Source: an uncultured Clostridia bacterium
Lineage (GTDB): Bacteria; Bacillota; Clostridia; Oscillospirales; CAG-272
DNA length: 64,000 bases
Direction: 5' to 3'
NCBI GenBank assembly: GCA_944381085.1
Contig: CALWJX010000007.1
Location: 2,754-66,753 of the forward strand
This document shows positions 59,646 to 64,000 of the stretch, one piece after another. The notes beneath the pieces are model-generated. The model did not search any database, was not told the origin of the DNA, and saw only the letters and a list, made by a program, of their open reading frames with translations. The position numbers were made by a program, and so were the translations under genes. Each line of letters begins with the position of its first letter. The first letter of the stretch is position 1.

Positions 59646-60200
59646 TTATCTGCGCATCTTTTCAAACTGAGAATATACTCCCTTGTTTCTCAAAAGAATG
59701 TATATTACAGCCGTCTCGCATACCGCAAGAATGGCGTAATTAACAAGCCTTATCAGCATAAGCTGCCACAAAGGCCAATCGTAAGACGCCGCAAGTCCGA
59801 AGCTTTTTATGAATACCGAACCTGCCAGGTGAGCGACGCCCACGGAAAGCGCAATCTGCAAAAGCGAAAATCTGCTTACGATATAATATGAACAGACCCC
59901 GCTGACAAGCCCTATGGCTACCGCGCCAAGCGTCACCAGCGGGTTGATAGTATATCCTACAAGCACACATCCCACAATATCGGCGACACCTCCCACCACG
60001 GCTCCGACCGCGGGACCGAACAGTATACCCGCCATTAGTATCGGCAGGTTTTCAAGGCTGAATCTCAAAACATCAAAATTGACCAAAGGAACAAACTTGC
60101 CCAAAACAATGCTCAAGGCGACAAAAATCGCCGCGCAGACAAGCACCTTTAGATTGCCGAACACGGCAAAGCTCTTTTTTACATTTTCTTTTTTGCTCAT
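59646..60200 (-). CDS. folT: Folate ECF transporter S component
   Basis: ECF S-component pattern (ALSIVL, G.LFGP..G...G.VAD..G); THF riboswitch upstream. Confidence 0.9.
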   Translation of the reverse strand: MSKKENVKKSFAVFGNLKVLVCAAIFVALSIVLGKFVPLVNFDVLRFSLENLPILMAGILFGPAVGAVVGGVADIVGCVLVGYTINPLVTLGAVAIGLVSGVCSYYIVSRFSLLQIALSVGVAHLAGSVFIKSFGLAASYDWPLWQLMLIRLVNYAILAVCETAVIYILLRNKGVYSQFEKMRR

Positions 60201-60265
60201 AAAAAAATACCTCCTTTTCCTCACACCATATGGCAGAAAAGAAGATAAATTCTTTGGGTGCCCTA

Positions 60266-60381
60266 TGAAGCGGGATGCAAAACACAGACCGTAGCCCTAC
60301 ACGGCAAAGCCGTGATACGCTTTCGTCCGATCGGCAACTCCCCGTCCGGTCGGCACTTGACGCCTGAGTTTTTACTCTTCA
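60266..60381 (-). ncRNA. THF riboswitch
   Basis: GAAGAGTA...GCGTCAAGTG...GACGGGGAGTTGC...ACGAA...CGG...TGCATCCCGCTTCA matches the THF aptamer consensus. Confidence 0.9.
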
Positions 60382-60793
60382 GCAAAATTTCTTCGAGATT
60401 TACGCATGTTTGAATTTATGACGTTATTCCGTATAATCTCCGAGGCCGCAAAACCGGCGCTTCGGCATAAGCGTTTCGGAGTAAATATTAAAAACACGTT
60501 GAAAGCCAATAAATATAAACTTCCGCTCTTTCCCGACGTATATAATTATACCACAAAAATTTTATTTGTCAATATACGCCTAAAATTTAATTAACAAAAT
60601 TCTTTATCATTTAATGTTGACTTGAGATATGAGCGGTGTTATAATGTATAAAAAGCTTGTACAATATTGCTTTATTGATTAAAAGTATCAGATGCGACAA
60701 AGCACGGCGTAAATTCAGACATCTGCATTTTTAAAACGACGTCCGACTCTTTTTTGCGCCTTTATAAACGCTCTCCCCGAAAGGAACTCAGCC

Positions 60794-62215
60794 ATGGTCT
60801 TCTCAAGCATGATCTTCATTTTTGTATTTCTTGTGTTGTGCTACACCTGCTACATATTCGGCAAGACAATGAAAACCCGTAATATAATCCTACTTGTATC
60901 ATCTCTTATTTTTTACGCGTGGGGCGGTCCCCCGCTTGTTTTGTTGCTTTGTCTTATGACCTTTATTTGCTGGGCGGGAGCTATTATTATAGACAATCAA
61001 ACAAATGAAAAGAGAAAAAACCTCTACTGCGCCATTGTGACGGGTATTTGCCTTTCGTTGCTCTTTATTTTCAAGTATACAGTATTTTTGCTTACCGGTT
61101 TTTACGATCTTTTTTCAATCTCAGGATTCATCCCCTCAATAACTTTGCCCATCGGGATATCCTTTTATACCTTCCAGCTGATATCGTATGTAATTGACGT
61201 AAAGCGAGGCGACGTTCCGGCGCAGAAAAAATACTGGCTTCTGTTGCTTTACGCCTCTCTTTTCCACCAATGCATAGCGGGACCTATCGTGCGATATGCC
61301 GACGTCGATTATGACATAAACAACAGGGTAATGACGCCGGAAGAAACCGCTAAGGGATTTATGCGCTTTGCCACCGGACTTGCCAAAAAGGCAATACTTG
61401 CGAACGGATGCGCGACCATCGCGGACAGGATGCTGCCGCAGAGCCTCGACAGTCTGTCCGAACAGCCTGCCGCGGCTGTTCTTCTCGGTGTGTTCTGCTT
61501 CATGCTCCAGATATATCTCGACTTTTCGGCTTATTCAGACATGGCAATAGGCATGGGGCTTATGATAGGCTTTCATTACAAGGAAAACTTCAATTATCCT
61601 TATATCGCGCAGTCGGTCACCGACTTTTGGCGCCGGTGGCACATATCGCTCTCAACATTCTTCAGAGATTATGTGTATATTCCTTTAGGGGGAAACCGGG
61701 TCAGCGTTCCGAGGCACATATTCAATCTGTTTGTCGTATGGGCGCTCACCGGATTCTGGCACGGCGCCAGCTGGAACTACCTTTTGTGGGGCATATATTA
61801 CTTTGTATTTCTTGTCATTGAAAAATATCTCATCAAGCCCAAAAACAGTACCTCACTGCATATAAGAATACCCAAAACACTGCTTACTCTCGTTATAGTG
61901 TTTTTCGGATGGATGATATTCAAATTCGAGGATCTGAGTTTGCTTGGAGTGGCGCTGAAAAATCTCTTTAACTTTACGAACTTCACGAATCTTGAAGTAA
62001 ATACTCTGTTTATCAACAATATTTTCTTCCTGATAGTCTGCTGTATCGCGTGCACCCCTATCGTTCCGACCGTTTCAAAAAGGCTCTGCGTTTCACAAAC
62101 CGGAACCCGTGTCAACGCGGTTATATCCGCGGTCACACCCGCGCTTTTGATCGTCCTGTCGGGATTTATGCTCGCGGGCGACAGCTATAACCCGTTTTTG
62201 TACTTTCAATTCTGA
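60794..62215 (+). CDS. MBOAT O-acyltransferase (AlgI/DltB/PatA-like)
   Basis: LPIGISFYTFQ, AGPIVRY, DFSAYSDMAIG, FWRRWHISLS.FFRDYVYIPLGG, GFWHGA, NPFLYFQF. Confidence 0.95.
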   Translation: MVFSSMIFIFVFLVLCYTCYIFGKTMKTRNIILLVSSLIFYAWGGPPLVLLLCLMTFICWAGAIIIDNQTNEKRKNLYCAIVTGICLSLLFIFKYTVFLLTGFYDLFSISGFIPSITLPIGISFYTFQLISYVIDVKRGDVPAQKKYWLLLLYASLFHQCIAGPIVRYADVDYDINNRVMTPEETAKGFMRFATGLAKKAILANGCATIADRMLPQSLDSLSEQPAAAVLLGVFCFMLQIYLDFSAYSDMAIGMGLMIGFHYKENFNYPYIAQSVTDFWRRWHISLSTFFRDYVYIPLGGNRVSVPRHIFNLFVVWALTGFWHGASWNYLLWGIYYFVFLVIEKYLIKPKNSTSLHIRIPKTLLTLVIVFFGWMIFKFEDLSLLGVALKNLFNFTNFTNLEVNTLFINNIFFLIVCCIACTPIVPTVSKRLCVSQTGTRVNAVISAVTPALLIVLSGFMLAGDSYNPFLYFQF

Positions 62216-62309
62216 AAACCGGTCAAATCCGTTTTTTCGGAAAAATCGTTTATAAACAACAATGCTCGGTCAATAAACCGAACTGAATTTCACGAAAGGA
62301 AAAAAGTTA

Positions 62310-63683
62310 ATGAACCGAAACGAGGTCAATAACAGCGATAAAAACAAAACTCCGGACTCCGAAAAGCCAAAAAGCTCAAAAAAAGACCCTTTTCTGAGAA
62401 AAGCCGCCTATGCGCAGATCTTATCCTGCGTCATAGTAATTGTTATTTTCTTTGTCATAGGCTGCGCGTTTTTTATGCGCCCCGACCACTCAGACACCGA
62501 GAAAAGAAATCTTACGGAATTTCCCGAATTTACATGGGACAGCTTTCTGTCCGGAACTTTCACCTCTCAGATAAACCTGTGGTACTCCGACACGTTTCCC
62601 ACGCGCGAGGGCATGATAATAGCAAGCGACTATATAAAATCATTGTACGGCATCAAGACAAATCAGTTTTCTTCCAACGGAGGAGACGCCGACGAAATTC
62701 CTGACGGACCTATGGACCCGAACGGAGGCACCTCGGGCACAGATGACGAGACAACAAGCGGGGGTAAAGATGATACGCCGGGCGAACAGATGGGCGCGTT
62801 TTATGTGAAAGGCGATACGGCGTACGAGCTGTACCACTTCAGTCAGACAAATTCCTCAAGATATGTTTCGCTTCTGAACAAAAGCGCCGAAAAGCTCAAC
62901 GGAAAAGCCAATGTCTACGCGCTGATCGTGCCTCTTTCATATACCTTTGCCCTTGATGAAGACGAGCTTGCGGCAACCGGCGCGTCAGACTGCAGAGACG
63001 CGATACGCTACATGTACTCGGGACTGTCCTCAAATGTCCGCGGAATAGATATATGTAATAACCTTGAAGCTCACAAGGACGAATATCTGTATTATCGCAC
63101 AGACCATCACTGGACGGCAAGGGGAGCGTACTACGCATACGAAGAATTCTGCAAAGCAACGGGAAAAACACCCACTCCGCTGTCAGCCTACGAAAGGCTG
63201 GAATTTGACGGGTTCCTCGGTACGCTCTACACCGACACCAAAGCGCCGGCGCTCAAGAATAATCCCGACTATGTGGAAGCGTTTGTGCCGATGGGCACAA
63301 ACACCGCAAAGGTCACCGAAAGAGGCGGCAACATTACGGAGTACCAGATAGTGAACAAGGCTACGGACGCATGGTACCCGAACGCTGCCTCAAAATATAA
63401 CTGTTTTATCGCGGGAGACAATCCGCTCACCGAGATACACAATCCGGACAAGACCGACGGTTCCTCAATAGTCGTGGTCAAGGAGTCCTTCGGAAACGCG
63501 TTTGTTCCCTTCCTTGTGGACTCATACGAATATGTCTATGTGATAGACTACAGGTATTTCGACGGTACGCTTTCGGATTTTGTATCGGAGAAAAACGCAA
63601 CCGACGTCCTGTTTATCAACAATGTAATCGCTACATCCACCTCCGCGCGTCTTAATGAACTTTCGGAGCTTATCGGAGATTGA
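62310..63683 (+). CDS. DHHW-family (AlgJ/AlgX-like SGNH) O-acetyltransferase partner
   Basis: N-terminal TM, EKRNL..FP, YYRTDHHWT, KESFGN. Confidence 0.88.
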   Translation: MNRNEVNNSDKNKTPDSEKPKSSKKDPFLRKAAYAQILSCVIVIVIFFVIGCAFFMRPDHSDTEKRNLTEFPEFTWDSFLSGTFTSQINLWYSDTFPTREGMIIASDYIKSLYGIKTNQFSSNGGDADEIPDGPMDPNGGTSGTDDETTSGGKDDTPGEQMGAFYVKGDTAYELYHFSQTNSSRYVSLLNKSAEKLNGKANVYALIVPLSYTFALDEDELAATGASDCRDAIRYMYSGLSSNVRGIDICNNLEAHKDEYLYYRTDHHWTARGAYYAYEEFCKATGKTPTPLSAYERLEFDGFLGTLYTDTKAPALKNNPDYVEAFVPMGTNTAKVTERGGNITEYQIVNKATDAWYPNAASKYNCFIAGDNPLTEIHNPDKTDGSSIVVVKESFGNAFVPFLVDSYEYVYVIDYRYFDGTLSDFVSEKNATDVLFINNVIATSTSARLNELSELIGD

Positions 63684-63688
63684 ATTTT

Positions 63689-64000
63689 ATGACAATCAAT
63701 CAAAAGATGAAAAGATATCTTACCTTGGCGGCGACGCTCGGATTACTGACAATATTATGCCTCTCCGCCGCCTGTACAACAAGTCTGTCGGACTCGGACA
63801 CTGTAGCCGATACGTCGGACGAAACCGGAGAAAGCGGTTATCTTACCGCAGAAGAATCAAATACCGAAACGCAGTCGACAACCGCCGAAGACGAAAGCAC
63901 TTATGTAAACGAGACGGGCAATACAAGCGAAACAATAACCTCTGATGAAAATGTATCGGAAACAAAGCCGGAAGAACCCACACAGACAGAATCGGAAAGC
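63689..64000 (+). CDS. Lipoprotein, N-terminal part (runs off window)
   Basis: Manual translation MTINQKMKRYLTLAATLGLLTILCLSAAC followed by an E/T/S-rich linker; open to the window end. Confidence 0.75.
   Translation, partial: MTINQKMKRYLTLAATLGLLTILCLSAACTTSLSDSDTVADTSDETGESGYLTAEESNTETQSTTAEDESTYVNETGNTSETITSDENVSETKPEEPTQTESES

Overview
A 64-kb chromosomal segment from a spore-forming Clostridia-class bacterium (Oscillospirales-like; inferred from gene content, rpsD inside the alpha operon, spoIIE, and T-box/THF/preQ1/ANTAR-type leaders). 1-14.6 kb is the complete S10-spc-alpha ribosomal operon on the minus strand (rpsJ to partial rpoA). It is followed by a membrane protein plus wHTH/WCX regulator pair, an isolated rplJ-rplL with an L10 leader, an SGNH hydrolase, a Trp T-box-controlled TrpB2 and a TIM-barrel isomerase. 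About 22.3-36 kb is an accessory, rearranged zone around tRNA-Arg(CCG) and tRNA-Gln(CTG). It holds lipoproteins, a tandem paralog array with a gene remnant, a composite palindromic repeat, an AT-rich gene pair, a broken GH172 gene, an ABC exporter bounded by a 20-bp direct repeat, a Cys-rich protein, a truncated tocopherol-cyclase-like gene, a tandem MutS-ATPase pair and an XRE switch. The rest carries three Gfo/Idh/MocA oxidoreductases, an ABC transporter, glnN with an amtB-glnK fusion under ANTAR-type attenuators, spoIIE, glycosidase-like genes, plsC, a trigger-factor-like lipoprotein, birA, folT-folC-queT and an MBOAT/DHHW O-acetylation cluster. No CRISPR array, rRNA, integrase or transposase was recognised. 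The best novelty candidates are the MutS pair, the WYL-less wHTH-WCX regulator, the post-tRNA repeat element, an expanded uL6 and a CTG-initiated infA. All family calls come from recognising motifs by eye; no searches were run.
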